This document shows positions 30,828 to 42,478 of a stretch of 64,000 nt of DNA, one piece after another; the stretch's first letter is position 1; every line of letters starts with the position of its first letter. A program made the translations under genes and the position numbers. Below the pieces are notes generated by a model that made no database searches, was not told the origin of the DNA, and saw nothing but the letters and a program-made list of their open reading frames with translations. The DNA lies in contig CBDCVK010000002.1 of NCBI GenBank assembly GCA_965223005.1, positions 288,001-352,000 on the forward strand. Direction: 5' to 3'. The DNA is from Terriglobia bacterium (GTDB lineage Bacteria; Acidobacteriota; Terriglobia; JAJPHL01; JAPKYU01).

Positions 30828-32347
30828 AGCTTGCCCTTTCCTTCCTCAATCAACAGGGTGTACAAGCGCTTCTGTCGTTCCAGGCCTTCACCGTAGCGGG
30901 CCGAACGTCCGGGGTCGGGTTCGAAAACGCGGCCCTGGGCGGCCGGAGCGTCTTCCAGGCTAGTCAGTAGGCCGAGGGATTCCAGCGCCAGTAGAGCGGC
31001 GCCCCGGCTGGAAGCTTCCGGTTCGTCGGAAATGGTCACCGGGCGGCCGAGCACGTCGGCCATCATTTGGGTCCAGGCGGGCGATGCGCGCAGCGCGCTG
31101 CCCGAGGCGACAATTTCCCGTGCCGGCGGCAGATGTTGCTGCATCTGCTCGGCCACCAAGGCGAACCGGTAGGCCACGGCCTCCAGGCCGGCGCGCAAGA
31201 TGTTAATAGGCTGGGTGTGGAAAGTCAGCCCGGTGACGGCCGCGCGGGCATGGCCTGCCCAGCCGGGGCTGCGCTCGCCAGAAGGGAACGGCAAGAAGGT
31301 AAGGCGATGGTCGTCGGGGCCGAGCTCGGCGAGGGAACGCTCCAGCGCCTCATTGCTCGTGCCGTTGAACGCCAGCAGGCCGCGCAACCAGGCAAATACA
31401 TCTCCTCCGCCGGTGAGCGCGCCACCCAACACGAAACACCGGCCGTCTACGCGGTAGCACCACAGGCCCGCAGGAATCTCAACCCGCGCCGTCTCCCAAA
31501 CTACGCGCATCGCCCCGGAGGTGCCTACCATCAGAGCCACACGGTCCGGAGTCGTGCAGCCGCTGCCGATATTGTTGCAGGCACCGTCTCCCAGCGCCGG
31601 AAACCAGGGCGCACGGGCCAGCGCAGGCCAGCGCCCGGCGTAGGGTGGACAGAGGCCATCCAACCGCGTATCGAGTTCCACAGGCGGGGAGAGCTGCTCA
31701 ACCCGCGCCGGCAGCGCCGCCAACAATTCCTCGTCCCAACGGCATTCATTTTGGCAGAACAGGCCGGTACCGGACGCCATCGAGATGCTGCACAACGAAC
31801 GCCCAAACAGCCGCCAGTGCAAGTACTCCCCAGGCGACATCCAGCAGGCCACCCGGCGAAGGAGTTCTGGCTGCGTCTCTCCCAGCCAAGCCAGGCGTGC
31901 CGGAAAATAGCTGGAGTGCAGCACGGCACCGGTGCGGGCGTGTACGGCCTGCGCGTCCAGTCGTTGCTTGAGCCGCTCCGCCGCCTGACTGCTGCGCGCA
32001 TCGGCCCAGGTGTAGAGCGGCGTGATGGCCCGGCCCTCCGCGCCGACTCCCACCATGCTGTGCCAGAAGGTGCAAAGCGCCACGGCGGCGACGCCGTGGT
32101 TGGCTACCGCCTCGGCCCCGAGCTCCAGCAGCCCATCCATCAGGCTGCAGATGCTCTCCAGGAGCTGGTCGGCATCCAATTCTGCCGCCCCTTCTGCGCT
32201 GGTTCGAACCTGGTATTCCTGTCTCGCCGAAAGTTCCTCGAGCGCGCGTCCCAGCCGATCGTAGAGCAGCCCGCGGGCCGAAGACGTGCCTACGTCCAGT
32301 GCCAGCACCAGAGGCGGTTCCGCCTGATTCGGAAGTACGAGCGACAT
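30824..32347 (-). CDS. gntK: Gluconokinase (FGGY family)
   Basis: ALDVGTSS, TWADAR, SMASGTGL, GDGACNNIG, GERSPGW; adjacent to tal and pgl. Confidence 0.85.
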   Translation of the reverse strand: MSLVLPNQAEPPLVLALDVGTSSARGLLYDRLGRALEELSARQEYQVRTSAEGAAELDADQLLESICSLMDGLLELGAEAVANHGVAAVALCTFWHSMVGVGAEGRAITPLYTWADARSSQAAERLKQRLDAQAVHARTGAVLHSSYFPARLAWLGETQPELLRRVACWMSPGEYLHWRLFGRSLCSISMASGTGLFCQNECRWDEELLAALPARVEQLSPPVELDTRLDGLCPPYAGRWPALARAPWFPALGDGACNNIGSGCTTPDRVALMVGTSGAMRVVWETARVEIPAGLWCYRVDGRCFVLGGALTGGGDVFAWLRGLLAFNGTSNEALERSLAELGPDDHRLTFLPFPSGERSPGWAGHARAAVTGLTFHTQPINILRAGLEAVAYRFALVAEQMQQHLPPAREIVASGSALRASPAWTQMMADVLGRPVTISDEPEASSRGAALLALESLGLLTSLEDAPAAQGRVFEPDPGRSARYGEGLERQKRLYTLLIEEGKGKL

Positions 32348-32555
32348 GGTAAACCGACATTGTACTCTGCCCCGCAGGCCAGCGCACCCACGGCAGTCAG
32401 GTGGCCCGTCAGGACCAGATTTAGTTCAAGAAGGAGGCAGACGGCTTCCCCATCTCTGAGTCGCTTCAAGATCTTGCGGTATTCTCGAGCATCTTGCTGT
32501 ATCCTTTCTTGTCCCCAGGACCGCCACTACAGGAGTATGCAGAAAGGAGACCCGA

Positions 32556-33164
32556 ATGTCCTATAAACTCCCCGAGCTCCCGTACGCGTTCGACGCGCTG
32601 GAACCATACATCGATGCCAGGACGATGGAAATCCATCACGGGAAGCACCACGCGACTTATGTAAGTAATGTGAACGCAGCTCTTGAGCCTCAGTCGGAAC
32701 TGCAAAAGAAATCCATCGGCGAACTGGTTGCTGATCTGAACAAGGTGCCGGAAGGGATCCGCACCGCCGTCCGCAACAACGGGGGTGGTCATTACAACCA
32801 CTCGCTCTTCTGGGCGGTCATGAAGAAGGGCGGGGGAGGCGAGCCCAAAGGCGACTTAGCCCAGGCCATCAACTCCACCTTCGGTTCCTTTGCAGGCTTC
32901 AAAGAGAAGTTTTCCGGAGCGGCCAAAACTCGCTTTGGTTCGGGTTGGGCATGGCTGTATCTGGCGGGTGGGAAGCTGGTCGTAGGTTCCACGCCCAACC
33001 AAGACAGCCCCTTGATGGAGGGAGGAGCACCTATCCTGGGTCTCGACGTTTGGGAACACGCCTACTACCTCAAGTACCAGAACCGTCGACCTGAGTACAT
33101 CGAGGCTTGGTGGAACCTCGTCAACTGGGATCGGGTTGCGGAGAACTACGCGGGGGCAAAGTAG
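32556..33164 (+). CDS. sodA: Mn/Fe superoxide dismutase
   Basis: [28 protein letters not shown]. Confidence 0.95.
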   Translation: MSYKLPELPYAFDALEPYIDARTMEIHHGKHHATYVSNVNAALEPQSELQKKSIGELVADLNKVPEGIRTAVRNNGGGHYNHSLFWAVMKKGGGGEPKGDLAQAINSTFGSFAGFKEKFSGAAKTRFGSGWAWLYLAGGKLVVGSTPNQDSPLMEGGAPILGLDVWEHAYYLKYQNRRPEYIEAWWNLVNWDRVAENYAGAK

Positions 33165-33188
33165 CCGCAGGAATGCCAGCCCCTTGAC

Positions 33189-33875
33189 CTATTTCTTTTT
33201 CTTTTTTTTCTTGGGTCGCTTTTTCTGCAGGTCCATGCCTTCGGGTTCCTCCAGGACCGCCAGGTAGCGGGTTCCACCGCTCTTGGCAAGCCAGGCACCG
33301 ACCGTCTTGCCCACCACCTCTTCCAGCCGGGGAAAGTTGTCAATTGGCGGACCGGCCCGCTTCCATACCGAAGGCGCTCCCACCAGGTATTCTTTTTCCC
33401 CCCGATCCGTCTCCAGCGTGATCTCCCGCTGGCCGCGGACGGGCTTGGTCACGCGATAGACGCGCCCGCTGGTGTAGATCATCTCCGTCACCCGTCTGTT
33501 GCCGCTGCCGTCCGGCCCGGAATAGCTGATGCGGTTGGTGCGCCGGTTGATGGTGTAGTGGTTGCCACCGGAGGTGAACACGATCCGGTCAGCGTCCATG
33601 TGGCCGGAGTCGATGGGGAAAAAGTCGTGCCGCTGAATCCACCCGGTCACCGTTGTCCCAGATCCTGCATTCGTCCCGGCATCGCTGGAGCTTTCCAACA
33701 GGATGGTGGTCCCAATGGTCTTTCCCTCTAGGGAGACAATGCCTTCGTAAACGATGTGCTGTCCGGGCCCGGCCGCCGGGGTCTGCCCCGGGGATACGGG
33801 CGCTGCCAGTGCCATTAGGGCCGCAGCGAGCAGAACCGCCGGCAGGAGTATCCACAAACAATTCAGCCGCTTCAT
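33189..33875 (-). CDS. Hypothetical secreted protein with poly-Lys tail
   Basis: Signal peptide MKRLN...; ends KKRPKKKKKKK; -10 box just upstream of ATG. Confidence 0.7.
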   Translation of the reverse strand: MKRLNCLWILLPAVLLAAALMALAAPVSPGQTPAAGPGQHIVYEGIVSLEGKTIGTTILLESSSDAGTNAGSGTTVTGWIQRHDFFPIDSGHMDADRIVFTSGGNHYTINRRTNRISYSGPDGSGNRRVTEMIYTSGRVYRVTKPVRGQREITLETDRGEKEYLVGAPSVWKRAGPPIDNFPRLEEVVGKTVGAWLAKSGGTRYLAVLEEPEGMDLQKKRPKKKKKKK

Positions 33876-33969
33876 ACGATAATGGTACACCAGTGCGGTT
33901 GCGGTTGTCCGACTGCTCGAGGCCGTATAGTGGGCCGTCGGTGGAGCAGTAGGGAGAAAGAGGGAACGT

Positions 33970-35271
33970 ATGCGGGTGGTGGTCCTGGGAGCGGGCTTCG
34001 GAGGTCTGGAGGCCGTGGCGCACCTGGAGTCGCGTTGGCGGGCGCGCCGTGATGTCACCCTGACCCTGGTCAGCGATCAGAACTACCTGCTATTCACCCC
34101 GCTGCTTCCTCAGATTGTTTCCTGCTACATCGAGCCGCGCCACATCATTCAGACGGTTCGCGACGTCCGGCGCCAGCGCCGTTTTGACTTTCGCCGGGAA
34201 GAAGTCGCGGCGGTGAACTTGCCCGGCAAAAAGCTGCGGTTCCGCGACGGCGGCGAGATGGAGTACGACTTTCTGGTGCTGGCGCCGGGCAGCGTCACCG
34301 ACTACTTCGGCATTCCCGGGGCAGCCGAGCACTGCTTTCCCCTGAAGGCGTTGGAAGGAGCCATCCAGCTCCGCGACCGCCTGCTGGACCTGTTCGAGCA
34401 CGCCGATCACGAGCCGGACCCGGAGCGACGGCGCCGCCTGCTGCGCCTGGTGGTCATCGGCGGCGGCTATACAGGCGTGGAGACCGTCGCCGAACTGCAG
34501 GACCTGATCTTCGGGCACGTGCTTCGGCGTTACCGGGGCATCTCCCCGGCCGATGTCCGCTTGCTGTTGGTGGAAGCCAGTCCGAACATTCTGGCTGGTG
34601 TCGACCCCCGGCTGGCCCGGCGCGCCGCGCGGAAGCTGGAAGCACAAGGGATTACTGTGCTCACCTCAACCGCGGTCACGCGGTGTCTGCCTGAGGCAGT
34701 GGAATTGAATGGCAGCCGAGTGGAGCCGGCTGGGCTGATGATCTGGACTGCCGGGGTTCGTGCGCACCCTCTGGTAGAGACCTTGCCCGGACCCCACGAC
34801 CGTCTTGGCCGTGCTGTGGTCAATCCCTTTCTGCAATTGGAAGGGCATCCGGAAGTGTTTCTCATCGGGGACAATGCGGTGGTCGCGGGTTGGCCTCCGG
34901 AGCAGTCGCCGCGCGTGGCGCCCCTGGCAATCGTCCACGGACGGGTGGCGGCGGAGAACATTCTGCGGCTTGCGGACGGCGCTTCGCAGCAGGGATTGTT
35001 CGCCGTGGATTTTCAGCCGCCGGGCTACCTGGTTTCGCTGGGCATGAACGACGCCGTTGTGGACCTGATGGGGATTCAATTCAGCGGTTTCCTAGCCTGG
35101 CTGTTCTGGAACGCCGTGCACCTGTACAAGCTCGTCGGCTTGAAGAAGCAAATTCAGGTGGCCCTGGACTGGTCGCTGGCGTCCCTGTTCCCCAGGGACA
35201 CCACCATCATCCGCAGGCCCGTGGGATGCCCCATGTGCGGTCCTGCACCTCCTAATCCTCCCGCTGTCTAA
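33970..35271 (+). CDS. ndh: Type II NADH dehydrogenase family FAD oxidoreductase
   Basis: GAGFGG, FTPLL, GGGYTGVE, WTAG, IGD. Confidence 0.88.
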   Translation: MRVVVLGAGFGGLEAVAHLESRWRARRDVTLTLVSDQNYLLFTPLLPQIVSCYIEPRHIIQTVRDVRRQRRFDFRREEVAAVNLPGKKLRFRDGGEMEYDFLVLAPGSVTDYFGIPGAAEHCFPLKALEGAIQLRDRLLDLFEHADHEPDPERRRRLLRLVVIGGGYTGVETVAELQDLIFGHVLRRYRGISPADVRLLLVEASPNILAGVDPRLARRAARKLEAQGITVLTSTAVTRCLPEAVELNGSRVEPAGLMIWTAGVRAHPLVETLPGPHDRLGRAVVNPFLQLEGHPEVFLIGDNAVVAGWPPEQSPRVAPLAIVHGRVAAENILRLADGASQQGLFAVDFQPPGYLVSLGMNDAVVDLMGIQFSGFLAWLFWNAVHLYKLVGLKKQIQVALDWSLASLFPRDTTIIRRPVGCPMCGPAPPNPPAV

Positions 35272-35358
35272 TTTCCCTGACAGAACCGAGGCAGGGCAGC
35301 AGCATCATCGGAAGGACCACGGACCGGAAAGGACTAGGGAAAGGAGTAGAGGCGCAAA

Positions 35359-36624
35359 GTGAAGGGTCCTGGAGAAGGCACCGAGGCACTGGCGCATGAC
35401 AACGGACTTGGCGCTGTTCCCAATGCCGAGCAACTTTTGGCGCGGCGGCGCAATGTTCCGGCGCTTGGGTTTGCCAGTTTCTTCAACGACACCGCAACCG
35501 AGATGGCCTATTGGCTCCTGCCGCTTTTCCTGGTGGGACCGCTAGGCGCCGGCCCGGCGGCCTTGGGCTGGATTGAAGGAATTGCCGAGGCTTGCGCCAA
35601 CTTCTCACGGCTGCTGTCAGGTTGGTGGACCGACCGGGTGGGTCGCCGCAAGCCCTTCGTAGTGGCGGGCTACGTGGGGGCCAATGCGGTGAAGCCGCTG
35701 CTGGCCTGGGCCGCAACACCGCTTCACGTTCTGACGATTCGCACCACCGACCGATTTTCCAAAGGAATCCGCACAGCGCCGCGCGACGCGATGCTGGCCG
35801 AATCCGTCGAGCAGGCTCGGCGGGGCTCTGCCTTCGGCTTTCGTCAGGCGATGGATTCGGCAGGAGCCATCCTCGGTCCCTTGCTCGCTTTACTGCTGCT
35901 GCGACATCACTTTGATCTGCGAATGATCTTCCTGCTAGCGGCGATCCCCGGCGCCCTGAGCGTGCTGGTGGTGGTCTGGGCGGTGCGCGAGACAGGCCCC
36001 GGCCGGAGGCAGGCTCCACAACCAGCAGGGCACGCCGATCCGCCTTCTTCCGAGCGCCTGCCCCGGCGGTTTCGCTGGTTGCTGCTGGCCGTAGGGGTGT
36101 TTGCCCTGGGTAATTCCAGCGACCTGTTCCTGGTGTTGCGTGCGCACGAGTTGGGTATGACGTCCTGGGCTCCCGCGCTCGGCCTGGTGTTCAACCTCAC
36201 CTACACCTCGCTGGCCTGGCCGCTGGGCCACCTCTCGGACCGCCTGCCCCGAAAATGGCTGCTGGCTGGGGGCTACCTGGTGTTCGCGTGTGTGTACGCC
36301 GGGTTCGCTCTGGTCGAGGCCCCCTGGCAGGTTTGGACGTTGTTCGCTTTCTATGGCTTGTACTACGCCCTGTCCGAAGGGGTGCTGAAGGCGATGGTGG
36401 CGGACGTCGTTCCCGCGCACTTGCGAGGACAGGCTTATGGGATTCTGGCCTCCGTCAACGGGTCCCTGGTGCTGGCTGCCAGCCTGATTACCGGGCAACT
36501 CTGGGAGCGCTTTGGGCCCATCGTGCCCTTCGCGCTGTCGGCCGCCCTGGGGATGTTGGGGGCTTTGCTGGTGCTTTTCCTGCGCCTAGGCAGTGGGGAG
36601 CAAGACCGGCCTGGCGCAACGTAG
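35359..36624 (+). CDS. MFS transporter
   Basis: GWWTDRVGRRK motif A, KGIRTAPRDA, multiple TM segments. Confidence 0.92.
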   Translation: MKGPGEGTEALAHDNGLGAVPNAEQLLARRRNVPALGFASFFNDTATEMAYWLLPLFLVGPLGAGPAALGWIEGIAEACANFSRLLSGWWTDRVGRRKPFVVAGYVGANAVKPLLAWAATPLHVLTIRTTDRFSKGIRTAPRDAMLAESVEQARRGSAFGFRQAMDSAGAILGPLLALLLLRHHFDLRMIFLLAAIPGALSVLVVVWAVRETGPGRRQAPQPAGHADPPSSERLPRRFRWLLLAVGVFALGNSSDLFLVLRAHELGMTSWAPALGLVFNLTYTSLAWPLGHLSDRLPRKWLLAGGYLVFACVYAGFALVEAPWQVWTLFAFYGLYYALSEGVLKAMVADVVPAHLRGQAYGILASVNGSLVLAASLITGQLWERFGPIVPFALSAALGMLGALLVLFLRLGSGEQDRPGAT

Positions 36625-36663
36625 TCCGACTGCCAGCATAGTCTAGCTGCCAGCCTAACTGTG

Positions 36664-38130
<1,467 letters not shown>

Positions 38131-38306
38131 GTTGCATTGTACCACGGCGGCAGGCTACCAACAGGCTACCAAGGGGCAGCACGGCAGATCGTAGAGGCAG
38201 CGACGAAGCGCAGGTTCCGGGAGAAAAAGCCGGAGGCCCGCGTGCGCCTTGCAGGGCTGCACAGGCAGCGGTACAATATTCGCAGGAAAAGATCCGGGAG
38301 AAGCGT

Positions 38307-38618
38307 ATGGACAGGGCAGCTCAAAACATACAGGATTCCTTTCTCAACGCGGCGCGCAAGGAGAAAACGCCAGTCGCAATTTACCTGGTCAGTGGCGTCA
38401 AGCTGTCGGGAAGGATCAAGAGCTTCGACAAATATTCGCTGATCCTGGAGACCAGCAGCCAGGAGCAGTTGATTTTCAAGCACGCGATCTCGACGGTGGT
38501 GATGACCCGGACGCATGCGTCTGTGCCCACCCCGCCGGCTGCCGAGACGCCGGAGCAGCCCCATCCGACGCCATCCAAAGTCGGAGTGACCGAGGGCGCC
38601 GAAGTGACCGAGGGCTGA
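38307..38618 (+). CDS. hfq: RNA chaperone Hfq
   Basis: [30 protein letters not shown]. Confidence 0.96.
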   Translation: MDRAAQNIQDSFLNAARKEKTPVAIYLVSGVKLSGRIKSFDKYSLILETSSQEQLIFKHAISTVVMTRTHASVPTPPAAETPEQPHPTPSKVGVTEGAEVTEG

Positions 38619-38656
38619 TTATTCGCTCCAACAATCCGCAAAATGATCGTCGCCAC

Positions 38657-39940
38657 CTGGACGCGCAGCAGCGGGAAAAAGCGATCCTGATCGGCTTGAA
38701 GCTGAAGCGCCCTCGTAGGGCCGCGGCCACGGCCGATGTTTCCGCTGAGGAGTCTCTGGCGGAATTGCAGCAATTGGCCGGCAGCGCCGGAGCGCAGGTG
38801 CTCCATGCCTCACTCCAGGCGCGGGAAACTCCCGAACCGGCCACCCTGATCGGCGGTGGCAAACTTCAGGAGCTGGCTGGCCTGATCCCCGCCCTTTCCG
38901 CTGACGTGGTCATTTTCGACCACGATCTGTCTCCTACCCAGTTGCGCAATGTGGAGCGGAAGCTGGAATGCAAGGTGGTGGACCGCACGCAGCTCATCTT
39001 GGACATTTTCGCTCGGCACGCCCGCACGCGGGAGGGCCAGCTTCAGGTGGAACTGGCGCAGTTGAACTACCTGCTGCCGCGCCTGACCGGCCGAGGGACG
39101 GAGATGTCGCGGTTGGGCGGCGGCATCGGAACACGCGGGCCGGGCGAGACGCAGCTAGAAATGGACCGTCGCCGCATCCACCACCGGATCAGCCGTGTAG
39201 AGGAGGCTCTGGAACGTGTCCGCGCTCAGCGCGCCCGCCAGCGCAGCAAACGGGCGTCGGTGCCCCTTCTGCCTGTAGCTCTGGTGGGCTACACTAATGC
39301 CGGCAAGTCCACTCTGTTCAACCGGCTGACCGGCGCCGGGGTGTACACCTCGCCGAAAATGTTCGCCACGCTGGACCCCACACTTCGGGCTCTGACTCTC
39401 CCCAGCGGACGACGCGCGTTGCTCTCTGACACGGTTGGCTTTCTGCGGAAGCTGCCCACTACCCTGATCCAGGCATTTCGCGCCACCCTGGAAGAAGTTC
39501 GGGAGGCCGCCCTGATCCTGCACGTCACCGACGCCAGTTCTGCTCTCCTGGAGGAGCAGGACCAGCACGTGGTGAAGGTGCTGGAAGAGCTTGGGGCGAG
39601 TGACAAACCACGACTTAGAGTGTTAAACAAGATTGACCTGCTGCCCCAGGAACAGCGCCACCCGCTGTGGATCGAGCCGGAAGGCTGCGCGCTCTCAGCG
39701 CTGACCGGGGAGAATCTGCCCGCTTTGCTGGAGGCCATAGATGCGCGGCTCGAAGCGGATGCGGTCTCGCTGGCGCGGTTCTCCTTTCCTCCCACTGCGG
39801 GGAGCGCGCTTTCCTTTCTCTACGACCATGCCCGAGTTGTGCGCCGGGATTTTGTCGACGGGCGAGTGCAGGTCGAAGCCGAAGTCCCCGCGTCCGTCTT
39901 GCAGCGCCTGAAGAAGTATGCCTTGGTCGAACTGGAATAA
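38657..39940 (+). CDS. hflX: GTPase HflX (start codon uncertain)
   Basis: GGIGTRGPGE, GYTNAGKST, FATLDPT, DTVGF, NKID. Confidence 0.94.
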   Translation: MDAQQREKAILIGLKLKRPRRAAATADVSAEESLAELQQLAGSAGAQVLHASLQARETPEPATLIGGGKLQELAGLIPALSADVVIFDHDLSPTQLRNVERKLECKVVDRTQLILDIFARHARTREGQLQVELAQLNYLLPRLTGRGTEMSRLGGGIGTRGPGETQLEMDRRRIHHRISRVEEALERVRAQRARQRSKRASVPLLPVALVGYTNAGKSTLFNRLTGAGVYTSPKMFATLDPTLRALTLPSGRRALLSDTVGFLRKLPTTLIQAFRATLEEVREAALILHVTDASSALLEEQDQHVVKVLEELGASDKPRLRVLNKIDLLPQEQRHPLWIEPEGCALSALTGENLPALLEAIDARLEADAVSLARFSFPPTAGSALSFLYDHARVVRRDFVDGRVQVEAEVPASVLQRLKKYALVELE

Positions 39941-40028
39941 GACGAGCTCGAATAGCCTTCTCGTTCAGAACTTCTCTTGGTTCACTGGGTTCTCCTGTCC
40001 GGGAGATGCCCTTCGGGAACTGGTTTGC

Positions 40029-40073
40029 GGGTCTCCGCTTACCGGGTCTGCGCTTACCGTGCCTGGACTTACC
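40029..40073. repeat. 15-bp tandem repeat x3
   Basis: GGGTCTCCGCTTACC/GGGTCTGCGCTTACC/GTGCCTGGACTTACC. Confidence 0.75.
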
Positions 40074-40226
40074 GGGAGAGAAGGGCAGAACCGGGCCTGC
40101 GGTCACCTAAACCGAAGAGTTGGCCTGGCCCGGCGCTGTTACGGCTCTCCTAGGTCTTTCTCACGGCTAAGAGCGGTCGTTGCTGGTTTGGCGGCGGTTT
40201 GGTATATTGCGGGGTAAATCGGGCCA

Positions 40227-40832
40227 ATGAATCTTCCCAACGCCCTGACGGTTTCGCGAATCTTTCTGATCCCGGTCCTTCTTGCGGTGTTGCTAACGCG
40301 AAACCTGGTCCCGGGCAAAGAATTGTGGGCCAGTGCCATCCTGCTGATTGCAGGGGCCACCGATTCGCTGGACGGCTACTTTGCGCGCCGCCGCGATCAG
40401 GTCACCACGTTGGGCATGTTGCTGGATCCGGTGGCCGACAAGATGCTGATTTCCGCAGCATTCATTTCCCTTGTGGAACTCGGGGCAGTGCAGGCCTGGA
40501 TGGCGGTAGTCATCATCGGGCGAGAATTTGCCGTGGCTGGCTTGCGCAACATCGCTTCCACGCAGGGATTTACCATTCAGGCCTCCGAATTGGGCAAGGC
40601 CAAGATGGTGACGCAAATCATCGCCGTGATCCTAATTCTTTTAGGGTTGCGCGACGAGCGGATTAGCCTGCTCGGCACGGTCGCACTGTGGTTGGTGGTG
40701 ATCTTTGCAATTGCCTCGGCGGTTGGCTATTTTTACCGCTTCTGGCGGCAGATTGATCTGCGCGTGAAAGAAAGCATTCGTGGCCGGCAAGGCTTACTGA
40801 AGAGGCGCAAGAGCGATGGCACCGCCCAGTGA
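40227..40832 (+). CDS. pgsA: CDP-diacylglycerol--glycerol-3-phosphate 3-phosphatidyltransferase
   Basis: MNLPNALT, DSLDGYFARR...G..LDPVADK. Confidence 0.92.
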   Translation: MNLPNALTVSRIFLIPVLLAVLLTRNLVPGKELWASAILLIAGATDSLDGYFARRRDQVTTLGMLLDPVADKMLISAAFISLVELGAVQAWMAVVIIGREFAVAGLRNIASTQGFTIQASELGKAKMVTQIIAVILILLGLRDERISLLGTVALWLVVIFAIASAVGYFYRFWRQIDLRVKESIRGRQGLLKRRKSDGTAQ

Positions 40833-41445
40833 AGCGATCCCGCCGCCGGCTGCCCCGGCCCTGCCCTCGCCACTAGGAGAAGAGGAGCGCAGGCGCCTGT
40901 TGCAGGTTGCCCGGCAGGCGATCGCCACCACGGTCCGTGAAAACCAGGTACCGCAACTGCACGATCCGGGAGGACGGCTCAGTATCTTTGCTGGCGTATT
41001 CGTCAGCCTCCACAAGCAGCAACAGCTACGAGGGTGTATCGGCCACCTCGCCGCACGCCAGCCTCTGTACCGCGCCGTGATTGAGGCAGCGACCTCGGCC
41101 GCACTTCATGACCCACGGTTTCCTCCATTGACCAGAGAAGAGTTGAGCGAGGTGGACATTGAGATCTCCATTCTCTCACCCATGACGGAGCTGGACTCCC
41201 AAATCGCCGAGGAGCGGATCGTCATCGGCCAGCACGGACTGATGGTTAGCCAGGGAAATTATCGGGGTTTGCTGCTGCCACAGGTGGCCGTCCAGTTCGG
41301 GTGGGATGCGCGGAAATTCCTGGAAGAAACTTGCTTGAAAGCCAACCTTGCCCCCAATGCCTGGTGTGCCGGGGTCCGGCTGGAGATGTTCACCGCTGAA
41401 GTCTTTGGAGAGACGAGTCGGGAAGCCTATTCCAATTCCACCTGA
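40816..41445 (+). CDS. AmmeMemoRadiSam system protein A (AMMECR1)
   Basis: FVSL...LRGCIG, DPRF, EISILS, GLLLPQV. Confidence 0.92.
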   Translation: MAPPSEAIPPPAAPALPSPLGEEERRRLLQVARQAIATTVRENQVPQLHDPGGRLSIFAGVFVSLHKQQQLRGCIGHLAARQPLYRAVIEAATSAALHDPRFPPLTREELSEVDIEISILSPMTELDSQIAEERIVIGQHGLMVSQGNYRGLLLPQVAVQFGWDARKFLEETCLKANLAPNAWCAGVRLEMFTAEVFGETSREAYSNST

Positions 41446-42380
41446 TCGCCCGCAAAAATTTCCCTCCGAGAAAAGGAGACCAGACCCGTAGCTGAGCGCC
41501 CTTCCACGTGCAGGATCACCAGTTCGCCCAGCACGCCGCGGGGCAGCCGCCGTTGCTCGAATCGGTTCAGCCGCAGGCCCATGCGCTGCCCCATGACGTG
41601 GGTCGGATAGCGGGGGTTGGTGAGGAGGTGCCCACCTGCCTGGCCCCTGAAGGACTGGACGAGATCGTCCGGGTGCGTGCTCCTCCGGTCCGAGTTTCCG
41701 AAGGGACGGAAGATCCGGTAGTTTTGGCCAATCGCCACGCCGTGGTTGCTGCCAATGTCTAAATAGACTATGTGGCCCGTCCCAATGAGGCTCGCGTATT
41801 CCTTCCCGGTCACGATGGTGCCTACCGTCCTGCCTGAAGCTGGCGCGAAACGGTCGAACCCGGCGGCCGGCTTTAGTGGCACCGCAGCTTTCACGTTGAA
41901 CGGAATCAGGAAATCCCCTGCGGAAATCGACTCGCAGGCACGCAAAACCGTGGCCGTGACCGACTCCCGATGCACGATATTGATCTTGATCCGGCCCACC
42001 TGCTTGTACATGGTGCCCAGCTGCTTCAGCATGCGCTTCTGCCCTGGGAAGGCTTCCTGCCTGATGACGTCGCGGGTGGGACGGTAGACAATGTACTCGC
42101 CGCCCGGGTTGACAATCCAACCCGTGCCTTTGCTCAGGTACACAATATCTCCGGTGGCGAATTCGTTCTGGTCTCCCGCCTCGTCGCCCGACATTACGAA
42201 CAAGCCTTTCTGCAGGACACGGTCGCTGATAAATCCAGAGCAGTAAAGCGAGTTGTACGCGCTCACCTCTCCCAACTCGGCAGGGGAAACCTGAGCCGGA
42301 GCCTGGGCCTGCCCGGGTGTTGTGCTGAGCAAACCAGCGCAAACCAACACCACAATCGCTATGGTTCGTGGCCGTTTCAT
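41427..42380 (-). CDS. Hypothetical secreted protein
   Basis: Signal peptide; LYCSGF, GDIVYL and IVYLDIG beta-domain motifs. Confidence 0.75.
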   Translation of the reverse strand: MKRPRTIAIVVLVCAGLLSTTPGQAQAPAQVSPAELGEVSAYNSLYCSGFISDRVLQKGLFVMSGDEAGDQNEFATGDIVYLSKGTGWIVNPGGEYIVYRPTRDVIRQEAFPGQKRMLKQLGTMYKQVGRIKINIVHRESVTATVLRACESISAGDFLIPFNVKAAVPLKPAAGFDRFAPASGRTVGTIVTGKEYASLIGTGHIVYLDIGSNHGVAIGQNYRIFRPFGNSDRRSTHPDDLVQSFRGQAGGHLLTNPRYPTHVMGQRMGLRLNRFEQRRLPRGVLGELVILHVEGRSATGLVSFSRREIFAGDQVELE

Positions 42381-42478
42381 GCCCTAGACAGTAGCAAACT
42401 GAAAGGCTTGCGTCAACGGGAGCCGGGGTTACTGGAAAGAAACTCTGGCTTATGCTAGCCTAGGCCAATTGGGCACAA

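Noticed and set aside
38249-38614. N-terminal HflX extension overlapping all of hfq
   Set aside because: Begins upstream of the TACAAT -10 box at ~38272 and is not protein-like.
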